A DNA stretch of 63,394 bases, filler included, from Candidatus Eiseniibacteriota bacterium (GTDB lineage: Bacteria; Orphanbacterota; Orphanbacteria; Orphanbacterales; Orphanbacteraceae), in NCBI GenBank assembly GCA_043809585.1. It is 4 parts of 4 records of this genome, joined end to end, with 100 filler letters (N's around TTAATTAATTAA, not from the genome) between each part and the next. Parts side by side here need not be neighbours in the genome. Positions count along the whole stretch, not along the records: positions 1 to 19,054 come from JBDROZ010000049.1; 3 more parts are not named here. One strand, written 5' to 3'. The position numbers and the translations under genes are program-made. Within the stretch, counting starts at the first letter, position 1; every line of letters starts with the position of its first letter. Shown here one piece after another: positions 1 to 10,843 of the stretch. The notes below the pieces were generated by a model. That model worked only from the letters and a program-made list of their open reading frames with translations. It was not told the origin of the DNA and ran no database searches.

Positions 1-140
1 CCCGGTTATGCCCCCATCCCTCCCTCATCCGCTCCCCCGTCTCGCCGTCCTCCGGACGAATATCGCGCAGGAGCACGACCATTCCAGGGTGCAGAGGAGG
101 GGTCTGAGAAGAACGGAGTCTGCGGGCTCTTTTCCCCCCC

Positions 141-716
141 CTACAGCACCTTCCGCGCGTGCCGCATCCGCTGGAAGGCCGTGTAATGGCTGCCGGCGGC
201 GAGCAGAACGAGAGAGAGGGGGAGGAAGAAGCTCCCGAGAACCAGCCCGAGGAAGAGGATCACCACCCGTTCGGGACGCTCGAGGAGCCCCACCGAGCAT
301 TCTCCTCCGAGCCCCTCGATTCGGGCACGGTTGTAGCTCACCATCAGGGAACCGGTGATCACGAGAAACGGCAGCAGGAAGAGGCTCGAGTCCCGGAGGG
401 CGTGGGAGAGCCCGAGGAGGGGCACGATCTCCGCGTAACGGTCGGTGGAGGAATCGAGAAAGGCGCCGAACCTCGAGCCCCGGCCGGTCGCCCGGGCGAC
501 GCTTCCGTCGAAGGTGTCGAAGAGACCGCCGAGGAGAAAGAGCAGAGCGCCCGACCGGAAGTGGCCGTCCCAGAGGCGCCATCCGGAAAGGCAGGCGAGA
601 AGAAACCCGACCAGGGTGAGGACGTTCGGGTGGACGCCGGTCTGCACGAAAAACCGCGTCACAGGGTCGAACAGGGACCGGAACCACTCTTTCTTTTCCG
701 GTGCGACGAGCGTCAC
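141..716 (-). CDS. CDP-alcohol phosphatidyltransferase (PgsA/PIP-synthase-like)
   Basis: Family motif DTFDGSVAR...GAFLDSSTDR (DxxDGxxAR...GxxxDxxxD); hydrophobic; GGAGG RBS before the GTG start. Confidence 0.9.
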   Translation of the reverse strand: MTLVAPEKKEWFRSLFDPVTRFFVQTGVHPNVLTLVGFLLACLSGWRLWDGHFRSGALLFLLGGLFDTFDGSVARATGRGSRFGAFLDSSTDRYAEIVPLLGLSHALRDSSLFLLPFLVITGSLMVSYNRARIEGLGGECSVGLLERPERVVILFLGLVLGSFFLPLSLVLLAAGSHYTAFQRMRHARKVL

Positions 717-764
717 GGCATCCTCCCTCGCATGCGACTCGATTCCCGGCGGGGGCCGATCGTA

Positions 765-1628
765 TCAGCGCGCCGGCGGCCGGTCAAGGAAGGGCTCGCC
801 CTCCCCATTCCGCACCAGACGGTACACTTCCTGCTCTTTCCATAGACCGATCCGGGCGGCGACCCGCACGGCGTCCCGGAGGGAGCTTCCCGCGGCGACC
901 TCCTCCCGGACCATCGCGATCAGCCGGCCCGCCGGGAGCGGCTCGTCCTCTCCCGCCCCTTCGAGCAGTACCGTGAACTCCCCCCGGGGGGGATCGGCCG
1001 AGAGCTTCGCCGACGCCTCGGAAGCGGCCCCACGAAAGAACTCCTCGAACTTCTTCGTCAATTCCCGGGCGAGGACGACCCGGCGGTCGCCGAGGATCTC
1101 CCGGACATCCTCCATGAGCGCGGCCACCCGCTTCGGCGATTCGTACAGAACGAGGGTCGACCGTTCCGCCCGGAGCCCGGCGAGAAAGTCCCGCCGCGCC
1201 TTCCGCCTCGCGGGGGGATAACCGTCGAAACGGAACGAGCCGGTAGGAAGACCGCCGGCGACGAGGGCGGCGAGAAACGCGCTCGGCCCCGGCACCGGCA
1301 CGATCCGGATTCCTCCGGCGGCGGCGGCCCGGACGAGACGCTCCGCGGGGTCCGAGATCCCCGGATTGCCCGCGTCGGAGACGACGGCGACCGATTCTCC
1401 CCGGGCGAGCCGCTCCATCAGCTCCGGGACCCGCTTCGCCTCGTTGTGGGCGTGAAAGGAGAGAAGGGGGGCCCGGGCGCCGATCCTCTCGAGAAGAGGA
1501 GCGGTCCGCCGCGTGTCTTCGGCGGCGATCACGCTCACGGCGGCGAGGGTCTCCGCCCCCCGGGGCGTCAGATCGCCCAGATTGCCGATCGGCGTCCCCA
1601 CCAGGTAAAGGACTCCCGCGGGGATCAC
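765..1628 (-). CDS. rsmI: 16S rRNA (cytidine1402-2'-O)-methyltransferase
   Basis: LYLVGTPIGNLGDLTPR, AAEDTR, VSDAGNPGISDP, YESPKR, ARELTKKFEE. Confidence 0.95.
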   Translation of the reverse strand: MIPAGVLYLVGTPIGNLGDLTPRGAETLAAVSVIAAEDTRRTAPLLERIGARAPLLSFHAHNEAKRVPELMERLARGESVAVVSDAGNPGISDPAERLVRAAAAGGIRIVPVPGPSAFLAALVAGGLPTGSFRFDGYPPARRKARRDFLAGLRAERSTLVLYESPKRVAALMEDVREILGDRRVVLARELTKKFEEFFRGAASEASAKLSADPPRGEFTVLLEGAGEDEPLPAGRLIAMVREEVAAGSSLRDAVRVAARIGLWKEQEVYRLVRNGEGEPFLDRPPAR

Positions 1629-1638
1629 GATCCCGCCC

Positions 1639-2664
1639 TCACGAGAGACACTTCACGAAGAGCCGGCACGCCTCCTCGGCTTGCTCCTTCGACACGTCGA
1701 GGTGCGTGACGAGACGGAGCCGGCCCGGCCCGATGGCGAGAAAAAGGACGCCCTCCTTCGCGAGCCGCGCCGTGATGCCCGCCTCCCCGAGGGGATGGCC
1801 CCCCACGTCGGCGATGACGATGTTGGTCACGACCTTCGCCGCGTCCAGACGAATGCCCGGAATCGACGCGAGGGTCTCGGCGATCCTCCGGGCGTTCTCG
1901 TGGTCGTCGGCCAGCCGCTCCACGTGATGTTCGAGGGCGTGGAGCCCCGCCGCGGCGAGAACGCCCGCCTGGCGCATGCCGCCGCCCAGCATCTTCCGGG
2001 TTTTCCGGGCCCTCGCGATGAACCCGGCCGTCCCCGCCACGAGGGATCCGACCGGCGCGCCCAATCCCTTCGACAGGCAGACCGAGACGGAGTCGACGCA
2101 CTCGGCGTACTCGGCCATGGGGACACCGCTCGCGGCGGAAGCGTTCCAGAGCCGGGCGCCGTCGAGGTGGGCCTTGATCCCCCGCTCCCGGCAAAGGGCG
2201 CCGATCTCCTTCATGTCCCCGATCGGGAAGATCGTCCCTCCCGCCCGGTTGTGGGTGTTCTCCATGCAGACGAGCCGGGTCGGCGGGTGATGGAGATTGA
2301 CCGGCCGGATGCGCGCCTCCACGTCCGCCGCGGTGAACCACCCCTCCCGGGTCGGAATGGTGCGGATCTGCACGCTCCCGAAGGTCGCCGACGAGGCGCT
2401 CTCGTAGTTGAATACGTGACACCCCTCCTCGACGATCACCTCGTCTCCCCGGGCCGTGTGGGTGAGAACGGAGACGGTGTTCGCCATGGTCCCCGAGGGG
2501 ACCAGCAACGCCTCCTCCTTCCCGAGGATCGACGCCACCCTCTCCTGCAGCCGATGGATCGTCGGGTCCTCGTCAAAGACGTCGTCCCCCACTTCCGCCT
2601 TCGCGATCGCCTCGCGCATGGCGGCGGTCGGTTTCGTCACGGTGTCGCTTCGAAGATCGATCAT
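1639..2664 (-). CDS. ltaE: Low-specificity L-threonine aldolase
   Basis: MIDLRSDTVT, GDDV..EDPT, PSGTMAN, HLDGAR, CLSKGLGAPVGS (PLP lysine), GGGMRQAG. Confidence 0.93.
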   Translation of the reverse strand: MIDLRSDTVTKPTAAMREAIAKAEVGDDVFDEDPTIHRLQERVASILGKEEALLVPSGTMANTVSVLTHTARGDEVIVEEGCHVFNYESASSATFGSVQIRTIPTREGWFTAADVEARIRPVNLHHPPTRLVCMENTHNRAGGTIFPIGDMKEIGALCRERGIKAHLDGARLWNASAASGVPMAEYAECVDSVSVCLSKGLGAPVGSLVAGTAGFIARARKTRKMLGGGMRQAGVLAAAGLHALEHHVERLADDHENARRIAETLASIPGIRLDAAKVVTNIVIADVGGHPLGEAGITARLAKEGVLFLAIGPGRLRLVTHLDVSKEQAEEACRLFVKCLS

Positions 2665-4577
2665 GATGAGGGTTCCTCCTCGCCGAACGCCTGCCCGGGA
2701 ACCCGCCGGTCCCCGTCCCGACGGGTGATACGCTCGGTATCGAAGTGCTCGAGAAGCGGGACGGCGTACTTCCGGGAGAGACCGGCCCGGTCCTTGAATT
2801 CCGCCACGGTGACCGTCCCCTTCGCCCGGAGCTCCTCCCGGAGAAGGGTGCGGAGCCTCTCCATCTCCTCGGTACGGTAGACGAGGGTGGGGGTCACCTT
2901 CACGACCCGCCCGACCCGGGCGAGAGTTTCGAGGAGCGAGAGGGCCTCCTTCGCGTCGAGGCCCGCCTGGACCGCCAGGGCGCTCGGTGAGGGGGGCGCG
3001 AAGCCGGCGGCGGCGAGGATCTCCGAAACCCGGGCGACCGCCGCCTCGAGCTTCGGCGGAAGGGCGCCGGCGCCGTCCAGGATCATCTCCCCCCGGAGAC
3101 TGATCCGCCCCTTCTTCTCCATCTCCGCGAGGAGCGCCTGGAAAAGGGAAACCTCCACGACCCGGCCGAGCCCCTTCCGTATCTCTTCCCGGGGGGCGCC
3201 CGCCCGGAGGCGCTTCCCCGCCCCCGCCCGGACGACGGCTCCTTCGATCTCCTCGGTGAGTTTCTCGAGGACCGATTCCAGAACGACGCCGCCGGTGACG
3301 GAGCGGAGATCCCCCCGCTTCTCGAGAGCGAGGAGCATCCCCCGGATTTCCGGCTCCGGCGTCTGGAGGCGGGCCGCCACTTCCGAGGCGGGCACCACCG
3401 CTTTCCGGGAGGAGGCGAGGTAGGAGAGGATCATCTCCTCCCGGTTCCCCGACTCGGAAATCTCGAGGAACCCCAGGTCGCTTCTCCCCGCCGGCTTCCG
3501 CTTCGGCGGGTTCCCGTCGAGCACCGCGCCCCCCCCGATCGTTCGGGCCGGCGAGTAGGCGCGGATGATGAATCGGTCCCCCCGGGCGACCGCCACCGGC
3601 TTTTCGAGGCGGATCTGCACGAATCCCTCCTCGCCCGATTTCAGGGTCTCCTCCTCGAGGAGCACCACCCGGGCGAGCACCTCGGCCGCGCCGTGGTGGA
3701 ACCGGATCCTCTGGCGGTTCTTCATCTCCTTCGAAGAGGGGGCGAGGGAGAACCGGGCGTCGATCATGTGGGTCGGCCGGAGAATGCCCGGCGTCACGAG
3801 CGTGTCCCCCCGGATCACTTCCTCCCGGGAGACGCCGTGGAGGGCGAGGGCGGTCCTCCGGCCCGCACGGGCCTCCTCCACTTCCCGATTGAAGACCTCC
3901 ACCTTCCGCACCCGCACTTCCGCGCCGCCGGGAAGGAGCTCGAGACGGTCCCCCACCTTGACCGCGCCGGACCAGATCGTGCCGGTCACGACGGTGCCGA
4001 ACCCGCGGGAGGAGAAGACCCGGTCCACGGGCTGCCGAAACCAGCCGGGGTCGGGACGCTCCGGCGCCTTCCCGAGGATCTCCGCGAGGGTCCTCGCCAC
4101 CTCGTCGATCCCCTCCCGGGTGATGGACGAAGCGGCGAGGATCGGCGCCCCCTCGAGGGTGGTCCCCTCGAGGGTCTCGATCACCTCTTCCCGGACGAGA
4201 TCGAGCATCTCCTCGTCCACCAGGTCCGCCTTCGTGAGGACCACGACGCCGTTCCTGACACCGAGATAGTGGAGGATCTCCAGGTGCTCCGACGTCTGGG
4301 GCATCACCCCCTCGTCGGCGGCGATGGTGAAGAGGACCGCGTCGATGCCGCCGACGCCGGCGAGCATGTTCTTCACGAACCGCTCGTGGCCGGGCACGTC
4401 GATGACGGCGGCCCGGACACCGCCGGGAAGGTCGAGGGGGGCGAAGCCGAGGTCGATGGAGATCTTCCTCTCCTTCTCCTCCTTCAGGCGGTCCGTGTCG
4501 ACGCCGGTGAGCGCCCGCACGAGCTCCGTCTTCCCGTGATCGATGTGCCCCGCGGTCCCGACGATGCGGCTGATCAT
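2661..4577 (-). CDS. selB: Selenocysteine-specific elongation factor
   Basis: GTAGHIDHGKT, TDRLKEEKER.ISIDLGF, DVPGHERFVKNMLAG, C-terminal winged helix LSRKYAVPLLEHFD. Confidence 0.97.
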   Translation of the reverse strand: MISRIVGTAGHIDHGKTELVRALTGVDTDRLKEEKERKISIDLGFAPLDLPGGVRAAVIDVPGHERFVKNMLAGVGGIDAVLFTIAADEGVMPQTSEHLEILHYLGVRNGVVVLTKADLVDEEMLDLVREEVIETLEGTTLEGAPILAASSITREGIDEVARTLAEILGKAPERPDPGWFRQPVDRVFSSRGFGTVVTGTIWSGAVKVGDRLELLPGGAEVRVRKVEVFNREVEEARAGRRTALALHGVSREEVIRGDTLVTPGILRPTHMIDARFSLAPSSKEMKNRQRIRFHHGAAEVLARVVLLEEETLKSGEEGFVQIRLEKPVAVARGDRFIIRAYSPARTIGGGAVLDGNPPKRKPAGRSDLGFLEISESGNREEMILSYLASSRKAVVPASEVAARLQTPEPEIRGMLLALEKRGDLRSVTGGVVLESVLEKLTEEIEGAVVRAGAGKRLRAGAPREEIRKGLGRVVEVSLFQALLAEMEKKGRISLRGEMILDGAGALPPKLEAAVARVSEILAAAGFAPPSPSALAVQAGLDAKEALSLLETLARVGRVVKVTPTLVYRTEEMERLRTLLREELRAKGTVTVAEFKDRAGLSRKYAVPLLEHFDTERITRRDGDRRVPGQAFGEEEPSS

Positions 4578-5830
4578 CCGCGCCTCACCCTCCAGATGCG
4601 GGCCCCCAAGGCCGAGAGCTTCTCTTCGATTCGCTCGTACCCGCGGTCGATGTGATAGACCCGGCTCACCTCGCTGGTGCCCGACGCGACGAGTCCGCCG
4701 AGTACCAGAGCGGCGCTCGCCCGGAGGTCGCTCGCCATGACCGTCGCCCCCGTGAGCCCGGGGACCCCCCGGATGAGCGCCCGATTCCCCTCGACCCGGA
4801 CCGATCCGCCCATGCGGCAGAGTTCCGGCACGTGCTTGAAACGGTCGGGGAAGATGGTCTCCTCGATCGCGCTCGTTCCCGAGGCGAGGAGGAGGAGGGT
4901 CATCAGCTGGGCCTGCATGTCCGTCGGGAATCCGGGGTACGGCTCGGTCCGGACCTCGAGGGGCCGGAACTCCCCCGTCCCCCGGACGCGGATCTCCTTT
5001 CCGTCCACGGCGATCTCGACCCCCGCCTCCCGGAGGGCGGCGATCACGGCGTCCAGGTGGCCGGGCTCCGCGTCCTTCAGGAGAACATCGCCGCCTGTGA
5101 TCGCCCCGGCCACCATATAGGTTCCCGTCTCGATCCGGTCCGGGATGACCCGGCAGTCGGCGGGCCTGAGCTCATTCACCCCCTCGATCTCGAGCCTCTC
5201 CGTCCCGATCCCCCGGACCCGCGCCCCCATCGCGTTCAGGAAGTCGCAGAGCGCGGAAATCTCCGGCTCCATGGCGGCGTTCACGATCGACGAATTCCCC
5301 TCGGCGAGAACCGCCGCCATCACCGCGTTCCCCGTGGCCCCCACGGACGAGTGGGGGAAACGGATCTCGGCCCCTCGAAGGGGAGAGCCTTTCGCGTCGA
5401 TGGTGCCGTGATCGAGACGGACCGTCGCGCCGAGGGCCTCCATCGCCTTCAGGTGAAAGTCGATCGGGCGGGGTCCCCAGGCGCAGCCCCCCGGGAGGGA
5501 AACGCGGGCGTGGCCGAATCGGGCGAGCAGGGGCCCCAATACGTAGGAGGAGGCGCGCATGGTGCGGACCAGGTCGTAGTGGGCCTCGTTCGGCACGGTC
5601 CGGGTCGAGTCGACGAGAAGGGTGTGCCCCTCCCGGGCGACCCGGATGCCGAGGGTCCGGAGGAGGGTCGACAAGGTGACCACGTCCCGGAGGATCGGGA
5701 CGTTTTCGATGCGGTAGAGGCCGGGGGCGAGAATAGTGGCGCAGAGCATGGGGAGGACGGCGTTCTTCGACCCCGAGACGGGGATCGTTCCGGAGAGCCG
5801 GGCGCCCCCCTCGATGCGGAATCCGTCCAT
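4574..5830 (-). CDS. murA: UDP-N-acetylglucosamine 1-carboxyvinyltransferase
   Basis: SGSKNA, LPGGCAWGPRP (active-site Cys retained), PDRIE, PGFPTDMQ, DLRASA, HIDRGYE. Confidence 0.97.
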   Translation of the reverse strand: MDGFRIEGGARLSGTIPVSGSKNAVLPMLCATILAPGLYRIENVPILRDVVTLSTLLRTLGIRVAREGHTLLVDSTRTVPNEAHYDLVRTMRASSYVLGPLLARFGHARVSLPGGCAWGPRPIDFHLKAMEALGATVRLDHGTIDAKGSPLRGAEIRFPHSSVGATGNAVMAAVLAEGNSSIVNAAMEPEISALCDFLNAMGARVRGIGTERLEIEGVNELRPADCRVIPDRIETGTYMVAGAITGGDVLLKDAEPGHLDAVIAALREAGVEIAVDGKEIRVRGTGEFRPLEVRTEPYPGFPTDMQAQLMTLLLLASGTSAIEETIFPDRFKHVPELCRMGGSVRVEGNRALIRGVPGLTGATVMASDLRASAALVLGGLVASGTSEVSRVYHIDRGYERIEEKLSALGARIWRVRRG

Positions 5831-5844
5831 CCCTTCGCCTCCTC

Positions 5845-6747
5845 CTATCCGGGGACCGAATCGTGGCGGGCCGTGGCGGCGAACACCCGCAGGTGCCCCG
5901 CGAGATCTTTCGTGACCGAAGCCCCTTCGAGCCTCCTCTCGGCGCGCGCGAGTTCGAGGACCCCCTCCGCCGTGGAGTCGCTCACTTCGAGGACGATCGC
6001 CCCGCCGGGGAGGAGGGCGGCCGCGGCGGCCGGCACGAGGGCGCGGTAGGCGTCCAGACCGTCCGCGCCTCCGTGGAGGGCCGGAGCCGGGTCATGTTCC
6101 AGGACCTCCGGCGGGAGCGCCTCCATCTCCGCCGAGGTCACGTAGGGGGGATTGGAGACGACGAGGTCGAGGGCGCCGGCCCGAACCCGGACCTCGGCCG
6201 CGCCGTCCCCTTCCACCGTTTCCCAGCGGTCCTCGAGACCGTTCCGCCTCGCGTTTTCCGCCGCCGCGGCGAGGGCCGCGGGAGAGCGGTCGACGGCGAC
6301 GATCCGAAGGCCGGGGACGTTCTTCGCGAGGGCCACGGCGATCGCGCCGCTCCCGGTCCCGGCGTCGAGGGCGGTCCGCCCCTCCCCCCCGCCGGTGGCG
6401 CGGAAGAACTCGACTCCCCGATCGACGAGCAGTTCCGTCTCCGGACGGGGAATGAACACCCCCTCCGGGACGGCGATGGTGACGCCGTAGAACTCGGTCG
6501 CTCCCACGATCCGCTGCACGGGCCGGCGGGATGCCCGGTCACGCACCATCTCGCGGAAACGGTCCACCTCCTGCTCGGTGAGATGCCGGTCGTGTTCGAG
6601 GTAGAGGTCGATCCTCCGCTTGCCGAGAAGGTGCCCCATGAGGAGCTCGGCGTCCACCCGCGGGCTCGGAAGGCCCTTCTCCCGGAAGAAGCGGGCCGTC
6701 GTCTCGATCAGGGGCAGAAGTTTCCAGGTGCGGGCCGCCTCTTCCAT
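5845..6747 (-). CDS. prmC: Release factor glutamine N5-methyltransferase
   Basis: FIPRPETE, DAGTGSGAIA, VSNPPY; directly follows prfA. Confidence 0.95.
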   Translation of the reverse strand: MEEAARTWKLLPLIETTARFFREKGLPSPRVDAELLMGHLLGKRRIDLYLEHDRHLTEQEVDRFREMVRDRASRRPVQRIVGATEFYGVTIAVPEGVFIPRPETELLVDRGVEFFRATGGGEGRTALDAGTGSGAIAVALAKNVPGLRIVAVDRSPAALAAAAENARRNGLEDRWETVEGDGAAEVRVRAGALDLVVSNPPYVTSAEMEALPPEVLEHDPAPALHGGADGLDAYRALVPAAAAALLPGGAIVLEVSDSTAEGVLELARAERRLEGASVTKDLAGHLRVFAATARHDSVPG

Positions 6748-6780
6748 GGCTCCCCGTCGCCCGGGTGGTCCGGGCGGGCT

Positions 6781-7854
6781 CTAGCCGCCGGAGGCGGTGC
6801 GGAGCCGCTCTTCTTGAGTGGCGCTGGTCAGGGCCTCCACGAGCTCGTCGAGATCTCCGTCCAGAATACGATCGAGCTTGTGCAGGGTCAACCCGATCCG
6901 GTGATCGGTGACGCGGCTCTGAGGGAAGTTGTAGGTGCGGATCTTGGCGCTCCGGTCGCCCGAGCCGACCTGGGCGCGCCGCTCGGCGGCCATCTTGCTG
7001 TGCTCCTCCTCGACCTTCATGTCGTAGAGGCGGGCCCGGAGGATCTGCATGGCCCGGGCCTTGTTCTTGTGCTGGGACTTCTCGTCCTGGCACTTGACGA
7101 CGAGGCCCGTCGGCACGTGGGTGATGCGCACCGCCGAGTCGGTGGTGTTGACGCTCTGCCCGCCGGGGCCGCCGGCTCTCATGACGTCGATCCGGAGGTC
7201 CGCCTGGTCGATCTCGACATCCACCTCTTCCGCCTCGGGGAGCACGGCCACGGTGGCGGCGGACGTGTGGATCCGCCCGCTCGCTTCTGTTTCGGGCACA
7301 CGCTGCACCCGGTGGACGCCGCTCTCGTACTTGAGGTGGCGGTAGGCGCCGTCCCCCTTGACGCTGAAGACGACCTCCTTGAATCCGCCGAGTTCGGTCG
7401 GATTCGCCTCGAGGGTCTCGTGCTTCCAGCCCTTCTCTTCGGTGAAACGGGTGTACATGCGATACAGGTCGCCCGCGAAAAGGGCCGCCTCGTCCCCGCC
7501 CGTGCCGGCCCGGATCTCGACGATCACGTCCCGGTGGTCCCGTTCGTCCGGGGGGATGAGGCGCATGCGGAAGTCCTCCTCCGCCGCGGGGAGTGCCAGA
7601 TCCGCCTCCTCCCGGTCCGCCCGGGCGAGCTCCTCGTATTCCGCGTCGTCCCCGGCGGCCAGAATCCGGTCCGCCTCCTCGATGCGCTTCAGGAGCGAAG
7701 CGTACCTCTCGCCCGCCTTCAGAATTCCCTCGAGACGGTTCCGCTCCCGGCCGATCTCGGCGAGCTTCTTCGGCGCCGACATGATCTTCGGGTCCATGAG
7801 GGATTCGGTGAGGGCGTCGAACTTCTTCCGGATCTCGGCCAGCTTATCCAACAT
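6781..7854 (-). CDS. prfA: Peptide chain release factor 1
   Basis: GGQ motif (GGPGGQSVN), RF1 PxT motif (RVPETE), IRTYNFPQ; likely ATG at 7854 (MLDKL). Confidence 0.97.
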   Translation of the reverse strand: MLDKLAEIRKKFDALTESLMDPKIMSAPKKLAEIGRERNRLEGILKAGERYASLLKRIEEADRILAAGDDAEYEELARADREEADLALPAAEEDFRMRLIPPDERDHRDVIVEIRAGTGGDEAALFAGDLYRMYTRFTEEKGWKHETLEANPTELGGFKEVVFSVKGDGAYRHLKYESGVHRVQRVPETEASGRIHTSAATVAVLPEAEEVDVEIDQADLRIDVMRAGGPGGQSVNTTDSAVRITHVPTGLVVKCQDEKSQHKNKARAMQILRARLYDMKVEEEHSKMAAERRAQVGSGDRSAKIRTYNFPQSRVTDHRIGLTLHKLDRILDGDLDELVEALTSATQEERLRTASGG

Positions 7855-8848
7855 CGCTGAGAATCCCCTCCCGGTCGTCGACACGGTCGCCGAGGGCGGA
7901 CCTCATCGCGGTGAGGGCCACCTCCACCTGGTCGTCGTCCGGCTCCCGGGTCGTCATGGTCTGAAGAAAGAGGCCGGGCCGGATGAACGGCTTCATCCAC
8001 CGGCGGTCCGCCCACTTGCCGGAGATCTTGAGGAACTCGTAGGAGATCCCGCCGACGACCGGCACGAAGGCGAGCCGGAGAAGCCGGTCCTGAATCGAAT
8101 CGGGCCGGCCGAGGAAGCAGAAGACGATGACGCTCGTCATCATGACGATGAAGAGGAAGCTGGTCCCGCAGCGGGGATGCAGGGTGGTGAAGCCCTGGGC
8201 GTTCCCCACGGCGAGGTCGAGGCCGGACTCGAGGTTGTAGATCGATTTGTGCTCCGCTCCGTGGTAGGCGAGGACCCGGCGCATCTCCCCCCACAGGCTG
8301 ATCGCCTTCACGTAGGCGAGGAGGAAGAGGAGCCGGATCACGCCGTCCACCAGATTGAAGGCGACGCCCCCCTCGACGCCCAGCCACTCGGTGACGAGGA
8401 GGGGCAGGTAGAAGAAGAAGCCGATCCCGATGGCGAGGGAAAGGACGAGGGTGAGCCAGAGGGTCCATCCGTGCCCCCCTTCCTTCCCGCCCCCCTTCCC
8501 GTTCTCTTTCTCGTCTCTCTTCTTCTTGTCCGGTTCATCCGCGGCTTCCTCGGCGGACCACATGAGAGCGCTCATCCCGAGGCCGAGGGACTCCACGAGC
8601 ACGACCGCCCCCCGGAGAATCGGCAGACGGAGGAAACGGAACTTCTCGACTACCGACCGGAACTCGCGGCGGCGGATCGCGATGGACCCGTCGGGACGGC
8701 GCACCGCCGTCGCCACCACCCCGGGGGCGCGCATCATGACCCCTTCGATCACGGCCTGGCCGCCGATCTTGTTGAACATGGTCTTGCCGAGCCGGTCGGT
8801 CGGCGCGCCCGCGGTCTTCGTTTCCGCCCCCTCCATGCCGCTCCCCAT
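7844..8848 (-). CDS. DUF1385 (YqhQ-like) membrane protein
   Basis: [32 protein letters not shown]; usual position between rpmE and prfA; start uncertain. Confidence 0.9.
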   Translation of the reverse strand: MGSGMEGAETKTAGAPTDRLGKTMFNKIGGQAVIEGVMMRAPGVVATAVRRPDGSIAIRRREFRSVVEKFRFLRLPILRGAVVLVESLGLGMSALMWSAEEAADEPDKKKRDEKENGKGGGKEGGHGWTLWLTLVLSLAIGIGFFFYLPLLVTEWLGVEGGVAFNLVDGVIRLLFLLAYVKAISLWGEMRRVLAYHGAEHKSIYNLESGLDLAVGNAQGFTTLHPRCGTSFLFIVMMTSVIVFCFLGRPDSIQDRLLRLAFVPVVGGISYEFLKISGKWADRRWMKPFIRPGLFLQTMTTREPDDDQVEVALTAMRSALGDRVDDREGILSDVG

Positions 8849-8937
8849 ATCGTGATTTCCCGTCCCCGGTCCCCCGGGATATGGAAAACCGGCCGGAAAC
8901 ACGGCGGTCTCCGGCCGGAATACGCGTTCCCGGATCG

Positions 8938-9156
8938 CTACTTCTCTTCCTTCGGCTCCTGGATCTTGTACTTGCGGCGGAACCGCTCGACCCGTCCGGC
9001 CGTGTCGACGAGTTTCTGGCGGCCGGTGAAGAAGGGGTGGCAGCTCGAGCAGATTTCCACGTGCAGATTCCTCACCGTGGAGCCGGTTTTGATCTTGTTC
9101 CCGCACACGCACGTGATCTCCGTGTCGTGGTACTCGGGGTGGATTCCCTGACGCAT
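8938..9156 (-). CDS. rpmE: 50S ribosomal protein L31, zinc-binding type
   Basis: [40 protein letters not shown] at 9156. Confidence 0.97.
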   Translation of the reverse strand: MRQGIHPEYHDTEITCVCGNKIKTGSTVRNLHVEICSSCHPFFTGRQKLVDTAGRVERFRRKYKIQEPKEEK

Positions 9157-9218
9157 GGCTATGGTCCCTTTCGTTCCGGGATACCGGGCCGTGACCCCTC
9201 GGTCCGCCCGGCCTCGGA

Positions 9219-10472
9219 TCACTGGTTCATGGACTCCAGGAATTGCTTGTTCGATTTCGTCTTGTGGATGCGCTCCACCAGGAACTCCATCGCCTCGATC
9301 GAGTTCCTCTCCGAGAGGAACTTCCGGAGGATCCACACGCGGTTCAGCACGTCCGGCTTCATGAGGAGTTCTTCCTTACGGGTGCTCGACTTATTCAAAT
9401 CGATGGCGGGGAAGACGCGCCGGTCCGCGAGCTTCCGGTCGAGCACGAGCTCCATGTTGCCCGTTCCCTTGAACTCCTCGAAGATCACCTCGTCCATCCG
9501 GCTTCCCGTGTCGATCAGCGCCGTGGCGATGATCGTGAGGCTCCCCCCGTGTTCGATGTTCCGGGCGGCGCCGAAAAAGCGCTTCGGCCTCTGCAGGGCG
9601 TTCGAGTCGACGCCGCCGGAGAGGATCTTGCCGCTGTGAGGCACCACCGTATTGTGGGCCCGGGCGAGCCTCGTAATCGAGTCGAGCAGGATCACCACGT
9701 CCTTGCCGTGCTCCACGAGCCGCTTCGCCTTCTCGATCACCATGTCCGCCACCTGCACGTGCCGTGAGGCGGGCTCGTCGAAGGTCGAGCTGATCACCTC
9801 GCCGTTCACGGACCGCTGCATGTCCGTGACCTCCTCGGGGCGCTCGTCGATGAGGAGCACGATGAGGATGAGCTCCGGCGCGTTCTCGGTCATGGCGTTC
9901 GCGATCTGCTGGAGGAGGACCGTCTTTCCGCTCTTCGGCGGCGACACGATCAGCCCCCGCTGCCCTTTGCCGATCGGGCAGAGGAGATCGACGATCCGCG
10001 TCGAGATCTCCTTCGGCTTGTGCTCGAGGTTTATTCTCTCGTCCGGATAGAGGGGCGTCAGGTTGTCGAAGATCGTCTTCAGCTTCGCCGCCTCCGGGTT
10101 TTCCATGTTGATCGCTTCCACCCGGAGAAGGGCGAAGTACCGCTCGCTCTCCTTCGGGGGGCGCACCTGGCCGGAGATGGTGTCGCCCGTCCGGAGGTCG
10201 AACCTCTTGATCTGGGAGGGGGACACGTAGATGTCGTCCGGGCCGGGAAGGTAGTTGTACTCCGGCGAGCGGAGGAAGCCGTACCCCTCCGGCAGGATCT
10301 CCAAGACGCCCTGGCCGAAAATCAACCCGTTCTTTTCGGTTTGGGCGCCCAGGATCTTGAAGATGAGTTCCTGCTTCCGGAGGCCGCTCACGCCGGCGAC
10401 TTTGAGCTCTTGCGCGACCTCGAGAAGCTCCGGAATCGTCTTGGTTTTCATTTCGGCAAGGTCCACCGACAC
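9219..10472 (-). CDS. rho: Transcription termination factor Rho
   Basis: [56 protein letters not shown]. Confidence 0.98.
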   Translation of the reverse strand: MSVDLAEMKTKTIPELLEVAQELKVAGVSGLRKQELIFKILGAQTEKNGLIFGQGVLEILPEGYGFLRSPEYNYLPGPDDIYVSPSQIKRFDLRTGDTISGQVRPPKESERYFALLRVEAINMENPEAAKLKTIFDNLTPLYPDERINLEHKPKEISTRIVDLLCPIGKGQRGLIVSPPKSGKTVLLQQIANAMTENAPELILIVLLIDERPEEVTDMQRSVNGEVISSTFDEPASRHVQVADMVIEKAKRLVEHGKDVVILLDSITRLARAHNTVVPHSGKILSGGVDSNALQRPKRFFGAARNIEHGGSLTIIATALIDTGSRMDEVIFEEFKGTGNMELVLDRKLADRRVFPAIDLNKSSTRKEELLMKPDVLNRVWILRKFLSERNSIEAMEFLVERIHKTKSNKQFLESMNQ

Positions 10473-10684
10473 ACCTCACTGGTTCAGGGGAACGCCCGTG
10501 GCGTCTGTTCCGATTTCGCTCCGCCCGGACCTCCGGGAAGCACCCGGACGGGCGCCTCCGCTCAGAAGTTGATCGGACCCGTTTGTTCTCCGGATCATTC
10601 GATCGATGGCAAGCTCGTCGGAGAAGGAAAGGATCGGTCGGGGAGAGCCCGTGGGGCGTACTCACATGCCCGACAATCGAATTC

Positions 10685-10713
10685 AGTCTATGTCAGAACC
10701 CGAATCATGTCAA
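10685..10713 (-). promoter_or_regulatory. Sigma70 promoter of the rho operon
   Basis: Minus strand TTGACA-17 nt-TAGACT about 200 nt upstream of rho. Confidence 0.7.
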
Positions 10714-10843
10714 GAGGAAAAGCCCTGTCAACCAACCAGTTGAAAACGGACCGTCCCTCCGGGACTTCGAGGATCTCGATTGGGTATTCGCGGAAAACCT
10801 CTCGGCCCATCGCCGAATCATCACCGGCGGATCGAGTCGACCG

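Noticed and set aside
2661..4577. In-frame UGA selenoproteins in the window, prompted by selB
   Set aside because: No TGA-ending gene showed a convincing read-through continuation; a SECIS scan was not run
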